Below, one piece after another: positions 18,097 to 28,506 of a stretch of DNA of 64,000 nt. The notes beneath the pieces were generated by a model. It searched no databases. It saw only the letters and a list, made by a program, of their open reading frames with translations, and had not been told where the DNA came from. The translations under genes were made by a program, and so were the position numbers. Within the stretch, counting starts at the first letter, position 1. Each line of letters opens with the position of its first letter. This stretch comes from an uncultured Trueperaceae bacterium (lineage in GTDB: Bacteria > Deinococcota > Deinococci > Deinococcales > Trueperaceae): assembly GCA_963815215.1 (NCBI GenBank), contig CAWFFU010000008.1:160001-224000 (forward strand), given 5' to 3'.

Positions 18097-21084
18097 TCAG
18101 AAGTTGACGGTGTAGGTGATCTTGAAGGCCTGGGCCGACGAATCGACCGGCGTGCTGGCGGTGTTGTGGTTCTGGTACGCACCGTACGAGAACTCGAGGT
18201 CGTAGTAGTTCCAGATGACCTCGTAACCGCTCGTGTTCTGCTCGCTGTTGGTGGCGCCGTTGTACACGTCACCGTTGCTGATGTTCGAGGCGCTGTTCGC
18301 GCACGTCGAGGTGTTGCCAGCAGAGTCGTAGCACGTCGTGCCGTTGACGGCCGTCGCGGTCTCGATGTTCTGACCGCTCCAGGAGCCGTACTTGCCCGTC
18401 AGCGTGCTGTGGTCGAACAGGAACTGGTTCAGGACCAGCCCGACGCTCCACTGCAGCTCGTTGGCGTTCCAACCACCCTGCGAGGTGTGGTCGGTCGTAC
18501 GGTAGTTGACGGCGCCCATCAGGCTCGGCTTGAGCGGCACGGCCAACGGCGTGGTGCTGAGTCCCGCACCAGCCTGGATGGTCGTGGTGCCATCGTTATT
18601 GGTCGTGTAGTTCGACCCGTAGCTGATGCTCTCGTACTCCGCGTACGGCGTCAGCGTGACGATGGAGACGTTGAGGGTGTAGTCGCCCTTGACGTCGATG
18701 GTGGTGATGCCGTACTCGGGGCCGGTCTGCTTGTAAGTGGCCTCGAGGTTGAGACCCTTGATCAGCGCGTTGTCGGCCGAACCGTCGTGCTTCAGCGTGA
18801 CGCCGAAGCCGGAGTCGTAGTTGTTGTTCAGCGAAACGTCACCCATGGCCGGCAGCAGCGCCGCGCCGTTGGCCTGGTAGTTGTCCGCCAGGTCGCCAAC
18901 GCCGGTGCCATCGATGGTCACGGAGTGGAAGAAGCCGCTCAGGCTGAAGCCGGCGAACAGCTTGGCCGTCACGTCGGCGCCGTAGGCCTGGACGCTGTGG
19001 GTCGGGGCAGTCGTGACGTTGAAGTCATAGCTGTCGTAGTAACCCGACACGTCGAGGATGAACAGACCGAGCGAAGCGTTGACGCCGTAGCCGGTCTGGC
19101 CGACGGGGTTGCCTTCGCCGTCGGTCAGCAAGAACGGGTAGTTCCCGTCGTTGTTGTTGTTCGGCGCCATGTTGAACCCGTTGACTTCCCAGTTCTGCGG
19201 GATGTCGCGGTAGTTCACGTCGAGGCTGTTGAGGATCGGGATGTTCTTGCCGTCGACGTTGAGCTTGGCGTAGAGCAGCGTGTTGTTGACGTCGTTAGCC
19301 GGCGTCACCTGGTCGGTCTTGCTGCCCTGGGCCCACTCGAAGCCGAGGTTGAACATGCTGACGCTGGCGTTGGCGTCGACGCCGTACACCGTGTCCGTGA
19401 TGTTGTTGGCGTTGACGTTGTTCTTGTCGTTGGCGTTGACAGCGGTCTGGGCGAAGCTGCCGCCGACCGTGATGCCCTTGAAGGGGTTCAGGGTCAGGTG
19501 CGCGCCGCGCAGGTAGGTGCTGTTCGTCGTACCGGTGTTGCCCACGCTGACAGCGTCAGGCGCGGTGTACGCCACGGTCAGGCCCGGGTTGATGAACTTC
19601 AGGAAGTCGGGCGAGGTGAGCGTGGCCACGAAGCCGGGCTCGTCCGTCGACACGATGTAATCCGTGAAGGTCGTCGTCACGTTGGTGCCGAAGGAGAACG
19701 TCAGCGGGGAAGCCCCGATGCCGTTGAACGTGGTCGTGAAGTCGTCCACGTGGATCACGTAGCCCTCGGTCGCGCTGCCGTCACCCGTGTACGGCGTGCT
19801 GCCGTCCGTGTTCGTGATGGCCAGGCCACCGGTCTTGAGCAGGCTCAGCTTCAGGACTGCGTCGAAGCTGTTGAGCGCGTTCGGGCTGCCCGTACCGTTG
19901 AGCGAGGTGCCGAGGCTGATGTTCAGGTCGAGGGTCGCCGAGACGTCGCCGGCCTGGGCCGTGATGTCCTGGCGGTCCTGCGCTACCTCGCCGACGTCGG
20001 TCTGGTAGCCGCTGTCACCCGAGCTGTCGTCCGTGAGCTCGGCTGCACCGGAGCTGAAGATCGACGCCCCCATGCTGCGCGTCTGGCCGAGGCCGTAGGC
20101 GCGGTCGACGTCGAACGGATGACCCAGCGTGCGGCCGACGAAGTACTTGAGCTCGATCGAGCCGGAGATGCCGAGCGGGTTGCTCTCGAGGGCGGTGACG
20201 CGCTTCTGCAGACTGGCGATGTCCTTGGTCTGCTGCTGGTCACTGCTTTCGAGGGCGGAGACACGGTCGCGGAGCGCGACCTGGTCCCGGCGCAGCAGGA
20301 TGACGAACTCGCGGATGTTCGCGATGTCGCTCGAGTTGCGCTGGATGTCGCCCTGGACGCCAGACAGGTCCACCTGGGGAGCGGCCGGAGCGGCCGCCTG
20401 CGGCTGCGGCAGGTTGTTCACCTTGTCGCTGAGCATCTGGATGACCTTGTTGGCGGCCGCGATGTCGGATGCGTTCTGCTGCGCCTGCGACATGGCCTGT
20501 GCGGCCAGGTCGTGGGCGTCGTTGGCGCGCTTGGCCGCGGCGTCAGCCTGGGCCTGCGCGGTGTCGATGGCAACGCGCTGCGAAGCGATCTGATTCTGCA
20601 GGTCGCGAAGGACCGCAGGATCGGTACCGCTGGGCAGGTTGTTGAGCTTCTGCTCGACGGCGTCGAGGCGAGAAGCGTTGGAGGCGATCGACGACTTGTT
20701 CGCCGTCGCGTCGTCGGAGAGGCTGGCGATCGCGCTCTCGGCCGACGACAGACGGACCCCCTGCGAGGCCACATCCGAAGCGAGGCCCTGCACGGCGTTA
20801 CGCAGCGATTCGATGTCGGACTTCGTCATGGCCAGCGAGCTGTTGACGTTCTGGTTGACAACGTCGAGCAGTCGGCTGATCACGAGCGCAGCCTGGTAAC
20901 GCGTGAAGGCTTCGTTGCCGCGGAAGGTGCCGTCGGGGAAGCCGATGACGATGCCTAGGTTGGCGATGCGGGAAACGGCGTCGGCAGCCCAGTGGTTCGC
21001 CGGGATGTCCGGGAACGACGTGTTCTGCGCAAGAGCGCCGCTCACCAGCGTCGCCGCCAGGAGCGTGAGTACGAGTCTTTTCAT
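18097..21084 (-). CDS. slpA: S-layer/outer-membrane tether protein SlpA (SLH + coiled coil + beta-barrel)
   Basis: Signal peptide, FPDIPANHWA...GFPDGTFRG...TRYQAA SLH domain, long heptad region, amphipathic strands ending ITYTVNF. Confidence 0.93.
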   Translation of the reverse strand: MKRLVLTLLAATLVSGALAQNTSFPDIPANHWAADAVSRIANLGIVIGFPDGTFRGNEAFTRYQAALVISRLLDVVNQNVNSSLAMTKSDIESLRNAVQGLASDVASQGVRLSSAESAIASLSDDATANKSSIASNASRLDAVEQKLNNLPSGTDPAVLRDLQNQIASQRVAIDTAQAQADAAAKRANDAHDLAAQAMSQAQQNASDIAAANKVIQMLSDKVNNLPQPQAAAPAAPQVDLSGVQGDIQRNSSDIANIREFVILLRRDQVALRDRVSALESSDQQQTKDIASLQKRVTALESNPLGISGSIELKYFVGRTLGHPFDVDRAYGLGQTRSMGASIFSSGAAELTDDSSGDSGYQTDVGEVAQDRQDITAQAGDVSATLDLNISLGTSLNGTGSPNALNSFDAVLKLSLLKTGGLAITNTDGSTPYTGDGSATEGYVIHVDDFTTTFNGIGASPLTFSFGTNVTTTFTDYIVSTDEPGFVATLTSPDFLKFINPGLTVAYTAPDAVSVGNTGTTNSTYLRGAHLTLNPFKGITVGGSFAQTAVNANDKNNVNANNITDTVYGVDANASVSMFNLGFEWAQGSKTDQVTPANDVNNTLLYAKLNVDGKNIPILNSLDVNYRDIPQNWEVNGFNMAPNNNNDGNYPFLLTDGEGNPVGQTGYGVNASLGLFILDVSGYYDSYDFNVTTAPTHSVQAYGADVTAKLFAGFSLSGFFHSVTIDGTGVGDLADNYQANGAALLPAMGDVSLNNNYDSGFGVTLKHDGSADNALIKGLNLEATYKQTGPEYGITTIDVKGDYTLNVSIVTLTPYAEYESISYGSNYTTNNDGTTTIQAGAGLSTTPLAVPLKPSLMGAVNYRTTDHTSQGGWNANELQWSVGLVLNQFLFDHSTLTGKYGSWSGQNIETATAVNGTTCYDSAGNTSTCANSASNISNGDVYNGATNSEQNTSGYEVIWNYYDLEFSYGAYQNHNTASTPVDSSAQAFKITYTVNF

Positions 21085-21296
21085 GCTTGGGTACCCCTTG
21101 AACTCTGAGAGTCGAATCTTCGTTCACGACGGCTCTCGAGACCTTTCAAACAGGGATGCGGGAGTGTCCTTGTTTCCTCGCCGCTCCTGCCTGGGCGGTG
21201 CTCGGTCTGCCGTCGAGACTCGTCTGACACCGGGACCGGTTCAAGGTAGTGCACCTCCTTCCGGCTGCGGCCCCAGGCCACGGACAAATCCGGCTT

Positions 21297-21325
21297 AGTA
21301 TCCCACAAGGATGAGGGGGTGTCAA
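21297..21325 (-). promoter_or_regulatory. Sigma70-type promoter of slpA
   Basis: TTGACA-17 bp-GATACT with TG extension. Confidence 0.72.
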
Positions 21326-21474
21326 GCCGAATGAAGCTATTATGAGAGCAAGAATCTGCGTTCCGTATCGCAGAAATCGACTTTGTGAAGTGGAGCACTC
21401 ATGCTCACCTCATGAGAGAGAGCGAGTTGCGTCCGGGACGGCGCCCTCGAAGATGAGGAAGTCGAGAGGGTAGG

Positions 21475-22425
21475 ATGCCGGACATGGCGCGTATCTTCGT
21501 TCCGGAAGCCGAAACCCTGCTGGACAAGGCGTTCCCCGTCCTCGACCATGGCTTCGTGCGGCTCGTCGACTACCTCGGTGGCGACGCGCGCATCGTCCAG
21601 GCTGCCCGGGTGTCCTACGGCGAGGGCACCAAGACGGTCCGCGAGGACCGCGCGCTGATCGACTACCTGCTTCGCAACCGCCACACCAGCCCCTTCGAGC
21701 AGGTGATCCTGACCTTCCACGTCAAGATGCCGATCTTCGTCGCGCGCCAGTGGATCCGCCACCGCACCGCCAGGCTCAACGAGATCAGCGGGCGCTACTC
21801 CGTGATGCGCGACGAGTTCTACGTTCCACGGCCGGACGAGGTCCGCTTCCAGAGCCGCGACAACCGCCAGGGAGGCAGCGAGGACGAGGTCCCCGGCGAG
21901 CTGCGCGAGCGCGTGATCGACGCCCTCCGCCGCGATCAGTCCGCTACCTACGGACGCTACGAGGACCTGCTGGAGGACGGCATCGCGCGCGAACTGGCGC
22001 GCATCAACCTGCCACTGAGCCTGTACACCGAGATGTACTGGCAGATCGACCTCAACAACCTCTTCCACTTCCTGCGGCTGCGCATGGACTGGCATGCCCA
22101 GTACGAGATCCGCGCCTACGGCGACGCCATGGCCACCATGGTGCGCGCCGTCGCCCCCCTGGCCTACGAAGCCTTCGAGGAGCACGTCCTCGGCGCCCAC
22201 ACCTTCTCCGCCGGCGAGCTGCGGGTCCTGCGCCGGGCGATCGACCGGGACGCGCTGGCAACCGCGTTGGAAGCCAGCGACCTGCGCAAGACGCGGCGCC
22301 GCGAGCTCCTCGACAAGCTGACGACGCCGAATCCGAGCGAGGCGTCCGCAGTGGCGCCCGATTCGCGCCCCGTCATGACGCCAGACGTGACGCCCGATAC
22401 GGCACCCGACCCCTCCGACGCCTGA
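21475..22425 (+). CDS. thyX: FAD-dependent thymidylate synthase
   Basis: AARVSY, HTSPFEQ, RHRTARLNEISGRY, RELAR..LP, HAQYEIR. Confidence 0.96.
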   Translation: MPDMARIFVPEAETLLDKAFPVLDHGFVRLVDYLGGDARIVQAARVSYGEGTKTVREDRALIDYLLRNRHTSPFEQVILTFHVKMPIFVARQWIRHRTARLNEISGRYSVMRDEFYVPRPDEVRFQSRDNRQGGSEDEVPGELRERVIDALRRDQSATYGRYEDLLEDGIARELARINLPLSLYTEMYWQIDLNNLFHFLRLRMDWHAQYEIRAYGDAMATMVRAVAPLAYEAFEEHVLGAHTFSAGELRVLRRAIDRDALATALEASDLRKTRRRELLDKLTTPNPSEASAVAPDSRPVMTPDVTPDTAPDPSDA

Positions 22426-22437
22426 TCCGGCCGAGCC

Positions 22438-22896
22438 GTGCGCTTCCGCCTGATCGCCGTCGGCCGCCTCAAGCGCGGCTTCTACCAGACCGGCTGCCAG
22501 CACTACCAGGACCGGCTGCGGCCGCTCAGCCGTATCGAGATCGTCGAGCTCAAGGAGGGCCGGGGCGCCGACCCGGCCGCCATCCGCAACGCCGACAGCG
22601 GTGCACTGCTGGCGGCCGCGCAAGGACGTTCCGTCGCCGTCGACGAGCGTGGCCGCGTCCTCGACACACGCGCCCTGGCCGCGCACCTCGACGCCCTCGA
22701 GGTGCGCGGCATCAGCCAGCTCAGCCTGCTGGTCGGTGGCGCAGAGGGGCATGCGCCGTGGCTCCGCGAGCGCACGGACGAAGCCTGGAGCCTCTCACCG
22801 CTGACCCTCCCGCACGAGTTGGCGCGCCTGGTGTTGCTGGAACAGCTCTACCGCGTCGAGACCCTGCGCGCCGGCCACCCCTACCACCGGGGTTGA
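22438..22896 (+). CDS. rlmH: 23S rRNA m3psi1915 methyltransferase
   Basis: AVGR, DERG, VGGAEG, SLS.LTLPH..ARL.LLEQLYR, GHPYHR. Confidence 0.94.
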   Translation: MRFRLIAVGRLKRGFYQTGCQHYQDRLRPLSRIEIVELKEGRGADPAAIRNADSGALLAAAQGRSVAVDERGRVLDTRALAAHLDALEVRGISQLSLLVGGAEGHAPWLRERTDEAWSLSPLTLPHELARLVLLEQLYRVETLRAGHPYHRG

Positions 22897-22924
22897 CGCC
22901 GGGCTTCGGCGCGGCGCGTCGGGC

Positions 22925-23593
22925 TCAGGCCTCGGGCCGCGGCGCGCCCTCGGCCTGCGCGCCGTCAGCGGCGCCGACGGTCCCCTCCACCATCGCGAAG
23001 AGGGTGAACAGGTCGCTGGCCAGCGCCTCGAGCGCTTCGAACGGGGCCGCCTCGGCGCCCTCGCACAGCGCCAGCATGTGCCTGCTGCCGACCACCAGCA
23101 CGGGGCTCACGCCCCGCCCCGCCAGCATGCGCTGCATCGTCCGTTGGACCGGCTTGCTGAGCCAGGCCCGGGCGGCTCGCTCGTCCCGCGCGAAGACGCT
23201 GACCTCGCCGTCGAAGTCGGGCACTTCGGGGAGCGCCAGCCGCCGACTCCCGGTGCGGCCCGCCTCGATCGATTCGAGAACCGGGTTGCGGCGCGCCTGC
23301 GCCCGCAGTGGGGCGGCGGCCAGCGGCGCCTGCGCGCGCAGCAGCACGCCGCTGGCGAGCGTCGTCACGGTGCCGGTCGGGCCGGTGCGCGCGCGCTCCT
23401 GGTCGAACAGGAAGAGCGTTGGCTGTCCCGGGCGGCGCAGCCCGTACAGCGGCGACAGGGCACTGTCGCCGAGGTCGAGCCACTCCCGAAGACGCGCCTC
23501 CTGCCGCTCGGCATCCGTCAGCTCGAGCCGCCGTGCGAAGTCACGCCAATGGTCGCGCCGCGAAGGGCTCCGTCGGCGGGCGCGGAAGAGCAT
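22925..23593 (-). CDS. Hypothetical protein
   Basis: Fills the gap after the DUF59 gene on the same strand; protein-like composition; no motif recognised. Confidence 0.6.
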   Translation of the reverse strand: MLFRARRRSPSRRDHWRDFARRLELTDAERQEARLREWLDLGDSALSPLYGLRRPGQPTLFLFDQERARTGPTGTVTTLASGVLLRAQAPLAAAPLRAQARRNPVLESIEAGRTGSRRLALPEVPDFDGEVSVFARDERAARAWLSKPVQRTMQRMLAGRGVSPVLVVGSRHMLALCEGAEAAPFEALEALASDLFTLFAMVEGTVGAADGAQAEGAPRPEA

Positions 23594-23647
23594 GGCGCCA
23601 TTCAACCACAGCCCCACGTGCGGGCGTCTCCCGGTGAGGCCGGAGCC

Positions 23648-23980
23648 TCAGATGTTGAAGCCGAACATGCGCATCTGCTTCTTGCCGTCATCGGTCATCT
23701 TCTGCGGCGACCAGGGCGGCGACCACACGAAATCGACCGAGACCCGGCTCACGCCGTCGACCTTCATGACGGCGAGCTCGGCATCGGACTGGATGAGATC
23801 CTGCACCGGGCACCCCATGCTCGTCAGGGTCATGTCGATGTCGACGTGCCCCTCGTCGTCCACGTCGAGCTTATAGACCAGACCCAGGTCCACCACGTTC
23901 ACGGGGATCTCCGGGTCGCGCACGACCTTCAGCGCTTCGAGGATCTCCTCCTTCAACCGCTCCTTGTCGATGCCGCTCAT
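23648..23980 (-). CDS. DUF59 metal-sulfur cluster assembly factor (SufT/PaaD-like)
   Basis: DPEIPVNVVDLGLVY, MTLTSMGCP, VWSPPW. Confidence 0.92.
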   Translation of the reverse strand: MSGIDKERLKEEILEALKVVRDPEIPVNVVDLGLVYKLDVDDEGHVDIDMTLTSMGCPVQDLIQSDAELAVMKVDGVSRVSVDFVWSPPWSPQKMTDDGKKQMRMFGFNI

Positions 23981-24022
23981 GAACCACAAACTAGCAGACG
24001 TCGACGGCAGAGCGCGTAGCGC

Positions 24023-24625
24023 TCACGCCTCCTCGTCCTCCGAGCCCGCGGGCCGGACCAGGCGCGCCAGCGCGTCCTCCGACTGGGCCACGTCGGCTGC
24101 CAGCTCATCGCGCACCCGCACGACCCGCTCGTGGAGGGCGTCGATCCGCTCCTTGCCGCGCGTCTCCATGGCTGTCATGCCGTCCTGAACGCCGGCCTCG
24201 AGCGCCTGGAGACGTTCGACCAGGTGGCTCTCCAGGGCCGTCGACGCGGCGCCGATACTGGCGTCCATCCCTTCCTTCAGGGCGTTCACCTGCGTCTTCA
24301 CGTCCGCGAGTGCGGCATCGAACCGCCCCTCCAGCCGACCCGCGGCCTCGAGTTCGCGCGCCTCCAGCTTGGACCGCACCGCGCGGAGCTGCCGGTCCAA
24401 CTGCGTCACCTGCCGCAACTGCGCCGCGCGATCCAGCAGGGCGGCCAGGAAGAACAGCACGGCCAGAGCCACGATCGTCAATAACAGCACCAGCGCGAGC
24501 GGTCCCTGCGGCGTCGCCACCAGCAGGGAGATGGGCACGGGCCGGGTCAGGGCGTCCCAGTTGAGCGCCGCCACCAGCGCCGCCAGCACCACGACGGCGG
24601 TCAGGAGGATGCCTCTGAATCGCAT
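24023..24625 (-). CDS. LapA (DUF1049)-like membrane protein with long helical tail
   Basis: Two TM helices separated by N...V.ISLL...P, followed by a coiled coil. Confidence 0.7.
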   Translation of the reverse strand: MRFRGILLTAVVVLAALVAALNWDALTRPVPISLLVATPQGPLALVLLLTIVALAVLFFLAALLDRAAQLRQVTQLDRQLRAVRSKLEARELEAAGRLEGRFDAALADVKTQVNALKEGMDASIGAASTALESHLVERLQALEAGVQDGMTAMETRGKERIDALHERVVRVRDELAADVAQSEDALARLVRPAGSEDEEA

Positions 24626-24720
24626 CGTGGTTCGACTCTACCAGGTCCGGTGCCACGCCTCGCACTCGGCTGGCACGGCACGCACACCGCGTCGGACGGC
24701 CCCGGCCCACGGCCGCCGCC

Positions 24721-25782
24721 TCACCATTCCGCGAACCGGTCGCGGTGCACCACCAGCGCCAGGCCCAGCGCCAGTAGCGTCGAGATGAGGCTGGTTCCGC
24801 CGTAGGACACCAGGGGCAGGGTGATGCCCGTGACCGGCGCGAGGCCCAGGGTGACGCCGACATTCACCAGCACCTGGAAGCTGATGAGCACCATCACCCC
24901 CATGATCACCAGTTTGTCGCGGTCCTTGGGGCAGTCGTTGGCCATCGCCACGAGCCGCCAGAAGAGCACGCCGTACAAGAGCAACAGCGTCACCGACGCC
25001 ACGAACCCACCTTCTTCGGCGAGCACCGGGAAGATGAAGTCGGTCTGGCGGAAGGGGATGAAGCCGAGCTGCGATTGCGTCCCCTGCTTGTAGCCCTTGC
25101 CGAACAGTCCGCCCGACCCCACCGCGATGGTGGACTGGATGACCTGGTAGCCGCTCCCCTGCGGGTCGGCCGAAGGGTTCAGGAACGACACCAGCCGGGC
25201 CCTCTGGTACGCGCCGAGGTGCGGCAGCACCACGGTGGGGACCGCCACCCCGATGAGCACCACGGCCACCGCCAGGTGCCGCCACGGGATGCCGCGCACC
25301 AGCATCATGCCGGCGCCGATGGCGGCGATCACCAGGGCCGTGCCGAGGTCGGGCTCGACCACCACCAGCGCCAGTGGCGGCAGCAGCAGCAGGATGGGCC
25401 GGGCGTAACTCAGAGGCCCTCGCAGCGGCCGCTCGTGCATCACCGCGGCCAACGCCAGGATCAGCGTGAGCTTGGCGAACTCCGAGGGCTGGAAGCCGGG
25501 CAACGGCCCGAGGTAGAGCCACGACTTGGCGCCGTTGACGGTCGTGCCGATAGCCGACACCGCTACCAGCAGCACCAGGCTGAGCAGGTAGAGGTAGGGC
25601 ATCAAGCCGGAGACCCGTCGCCAGCCCAGCCACAGCAGGCCTCCGGCCATGGCCAGGCCCACGACCAGGAACACCCCCTGGCGCAGCAGCTCGTGCGGAG
25701 GCGCGGCACTGCTCAACGTAGCCAGGCCTGCCGCCAGGAGCAGGACCACCACCGCGGGCAGACTGAGGTCGACGCGTGCCAA
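24721..25782 (-). CDS. rodA: Rod shape-determining SEDS glycosyltransferase
   Basis: GAKSW, FQPSEFAK, EPDLGT, YQ..QS..AVGSGG, TDFIF...EEGG, GITLPLVSYGG; TTG start after purine-rich RBS. Confidence 0.92.
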   Translation of the reverse strand: MARVDLSLPAVVVLLLAAGLATLSSAAPPHELLRQGVFLVVGLAMAGGLLWLGWRRVSGLMPYLYLLSLVLLVAVSAIGTTVNGAKSWLYLGPLPGFQPSEFAKLTLILALAAVMHERPLRGPLSYARPILLLLPPLALVVVEPDLGTALVIAAIGAGMMLVRGIPWRHLAVAVVLIGVAVPTVVLPHLGAYQRARLVSFLNPSADPQGSGYQVIQSTIAVGSGGLFGKGYKQGTQSQLGFIPFRQTDFIFPVLAEEGGFVASVTLLLLYGVLFWRLVAMANDCPKDRDKLVIMGVMVLISFQVLVNVGVTLGLAPVTGITLPLVSYGGTSLISTLLALGLALVVHRDRFAEW

Positions 25783-26015
25783 CGCCTTCCCTCCCCTTCC
25801 TCGGCGAGAGCTTTCTCTCTCGCGCTCCACAGCGTACCAACCCGGCCTCCGCCAGCGCAGGGTAATGGCGTCACGGTCGCCCCGCGGAGAGCACCCTCGG
25901 GGAGGTCCGCGTCCACCCGCCCCCCACCGAGGCGCGGACGCCGGGAGGGAGCGCGCTGCGCCGACGTCGGGCGCGCGACCTCCCACCCCCGCCGGCGGCC
26001 GCATCCTACGGCTGG

Positions 26016-26762
26016 ATGAGGTGGCGATCCCCCGATGCCCTGTCCGCGTGTCGACGCCGGATAGCGGGGGCGGCGCGGCGCGGGCTGGAGCGCAGATCAC
26101 GTGCTGCCCGAAGGCGTGCGCTGGGGCGTGCGCTGGGCCGTGCGCTACTGGCGGTCGCCGTGACGGCCGGCACCGCGCTCGCGGCCCCCTCCGACGCCGC
26201 CGGGCAACGCGCGAAGCTGCCACCCGCTCCCGCTCGCTCCGGCGCGCCCCCGGCCCGGCTCCTCGACACCACCGCCATCACCTTCGAAGCGAGTGATCCG
26301 CTCGGCGGCTTCACCGGCCACGCTCCCGTGGCCGGCGCGACGCTGCAGGTCGACCCGGCGCGTCCCTCCACGGCGCGCGGGTCGCTCACGGTCCGGGCCG
26401 GCAGCATCACCACGGGCAACGTGTTGCGGGACCGCAACGCCGAGCGCGGCGTCTTCGAGGCCGACCGCTACCCGGTCGTCCGCTACGCCGTCACCGATGT
26501 CCAGGCCCACCCGGCCGACCTACCCGACGGCGGGACCAGCCGTGTGGTCGTGACCGGGGAGCTCACGATGCACGGAGCCACCCGCGAGGTCGTCGCGACG
26601 GGAACGGTGGCACGCCGCGGAGACCGACTCGAGGCGCACCTCCACCTCGACGTCCGGCTGACCGACTTCGGTATGGACCGGCCCCGCTTCCTCTTCATCC
26701 AGGTCGACGATCTGGTGAGGGTCACCGTCGACCTGGCGTTGCGCTCGGCGGTGACGCCCTGA
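26016..26762 (+). CDS. YceI family lipid/polyisoprenoid-binding protein (start uncertain)
   Basis: Signal peptide ALA-A, SITTGN..RD, YP, GELTMHG.TR, TDFGM. Confidence 0.82.
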   Translation: MRWRSPDALSACRRRIAGAARRGLERRSRAARRRALGRALGRALLAVAVTAGTALAAPSDAAGQRAKLPPAPARSGAPPARLLDTTAITFEASDPLGGFTGHAPVAGATLQVDPARPSTARGSLTVRAGSITTGNVLRDRNAERGVFEADRYPVVRYAVTDVQAHPADLPDGGTSRVVVTGELTMHGATREVVATGTVARRGDRLEAHLHLDVRLTDFGMDRPRFLFIQVDDLVRVTVDLALRSAVTP

Positions 26763-26784
26763 CGCTCTCACGCCGAGGTCGGGT

Positions 26785-28506
26785 TCAGCGTCCTCGGTCG
26801 AAAGGACGCCGCAGGAATCCGGGGACGGGGGGCCGGCGGAAGGCGGGCAAGCCGCTCCATAGCAGCCACTCCGCCGCCAGCGCGAACAACGCCAGCGCCA
26901 GCAGCATCCATGCCAGCGAGCTAACGGGAGCCTCGCCCAGCAGCGGCCGCGGGCCGCGGCGCGCCGTCGTCGATCCGGCAGCTGGGGGACCGGGGAGACG
27001 CGACTCGGCGTCGCTGTCGAGGCTGGCCACCACCACGCCGCCGCCCGGCTCTTGGTAGATACCGGGCCGCAGGGCGTACGAGACGGCCGCGCCGTCCAGG
27101 GTGGTGCCCGGCGGCAGTGCCGCGCCAAGCCCCACGCTGGCGTCGCCCCGCACGAGTCGTACGTAGTTGGCGACCAGCGCCGGGAACGCAGAACGCAACA
27201 CCAGATCGCTCTGCGTCGGGTTGAAGGCGGCCTGCAGCACCTGGACGCCGTCGCGATCGCGGTACCTCAGGACCGGCTCCAGCTCTCCCGTGCTCGCCAG
27301 CGTCTGCCAGCCTTCGCCACTCGGCCACGCCGCGCGCTGGGGCCCGAGTCCCACCACCACATCCTGCAGGTCCACGAAGCGCATCAGCTCGGAGCCCCGA
27401 TCGAACTCACTCACCACCCGGTAGTCCGGCTTCGACGCGGCCGGGGCGAAGAGCAGGTAATTGCCCGGTTGCAGACCGGCTGCATCGGCGCGCGTGAGCA
27501 CGTGTAGGTCGGCGGGGACCTGCGCGGCACCGGCGCTCACCCGCACGCTCACGCCGGGCACCGCCGCCAGCGCCTTGATGACCGCCTCGTTGGCGTCCTG
27601 CACCACCGCGTTCACCTGGCGCGCGCCGGCGAAGGCCACGTCGTCGAGGGTGAGCGCGTCGCCCGCCGCGGAACCGGCCTCCACCCCCGCGGGCGGCGCG
27701 ATGGCGGCCCGGTAGACGCCCTGGACGTCGGCGAGCGGGAAGGTGATGCTGCCCGTACCCCCGGCCGGAACCAGCACCGGGCCGCTGGCTACGGCGGCGC
27801 CGTCGCGGCTGAGCGACAGCTGGACCTGCACCGGGCGCGGACTGTTCGACACGACCCCCACATAGGCCTGTTGGATGCCCAGATCGAAGGCGCTGATCCC
27901 CACGTTCACGCCGTCGCCGGCGACGTTGTGGTACGCGACCGAGGCGCCGCCTACCGCCGGCTGGTCGGTGAGCAACTCGATCTGGGCGCCCGGCTCGATC
28001 GCCTCGGCGAGGGCGACCGCCCGCTCCAGGTCGGCGCTTCGGTCGCCCACCTGGAGCTGCTGCAAGGCGCGCCGGACGGCCCCACGGTCGCCGGTCAACG
28101 GTTGCACGACACGGGCGTCCACGCCGGCGCGGACGATCGCCACGCGCCCCGCGCCCGCCAGCAGGCGCTCGGCCTGCGCCCTGGCCTTGTCGATGCGCAC
28201 ACCGTCGCTGTCGCGTGCTGCCATGCTGGCCGAGGCGTCGAGCACGAGGATGCGGTCGGGAGCCACGCCGCCGGCGATCTGGGGGCGCGCCAGCGCCAGG
28301 GCGGCGAGCGCCACGAACAGCAGCTGCGCCAGCAGCAACCAGGTCGGGGAGATCCGCTTGCGCCGCTCCGCTACCTGGCGCGCACGTTGCCACAGGAACA
28401 TGGCCGACACCTGGCGGCGGCGTCGTCGGGCGCGCACGAAGTGGAGCAGCACGACCAGCGGCAACGCCAGCAGCGCCCACAGGAACTGGGGGGCGGCGAA
28501 GCTCAA
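26785..28506 (-). CDS. BatA-domain / VWA membrane protein
   Basis: SFAAP..LW.L...P..LLH, LALARP, MIDAS DASAS, LTD, C-terminal TM with AEW; start TTG 28506 or GTG 28515. Confidence 0.85.
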   Translation of the reverse strand: MSFAAPQFLWALLALPLVVLLHFVRARRRRRQVSAMFLWQRARQVAERRKRISPTWLLLAQLLFVALAALALARPQIAGGVAPDRILVLDASASMAARDSDGVRIDKARAQAERLLAGAGRVAIVRAGVDARVVQPLTGDRGAVRRALQQLQVGDRSADLERAVALAEAIEPGAQIELLTDQPAVGGASVAYHNVAGDGVNVGISAFDLGIQQAYVGVVSNSPRPVQVQLSLSRDGAAVASGPVLVPAGGTGSITFPLADVQGVYRAAIAPPAGVEAGSAAGDALTLDDVAFAGARQVNAVVQDANEAVIKALAAVPGVSVRVSAGAAQVPADLHVLTRADAAGLQPGNYLLFAPAASKPDYRVVSEFDRGSELMRFVDLQDVVVGLGPQRAAWPSGEGWQTLASTGELEPVLRYRDRDGVQVLQAAFNPTQSDLVLRSAFPALVANYVRLVRGDASVGLGAALPPGTTLDGAAVSYALRPGIYQEPGGGVVVASLDSDAESRLPGPPAAGSTTARRGPRPLLGEAPVSSLAWMLLALALFALAAEWLLWSGLPAFRRPPVPGFLRRPFDRGR

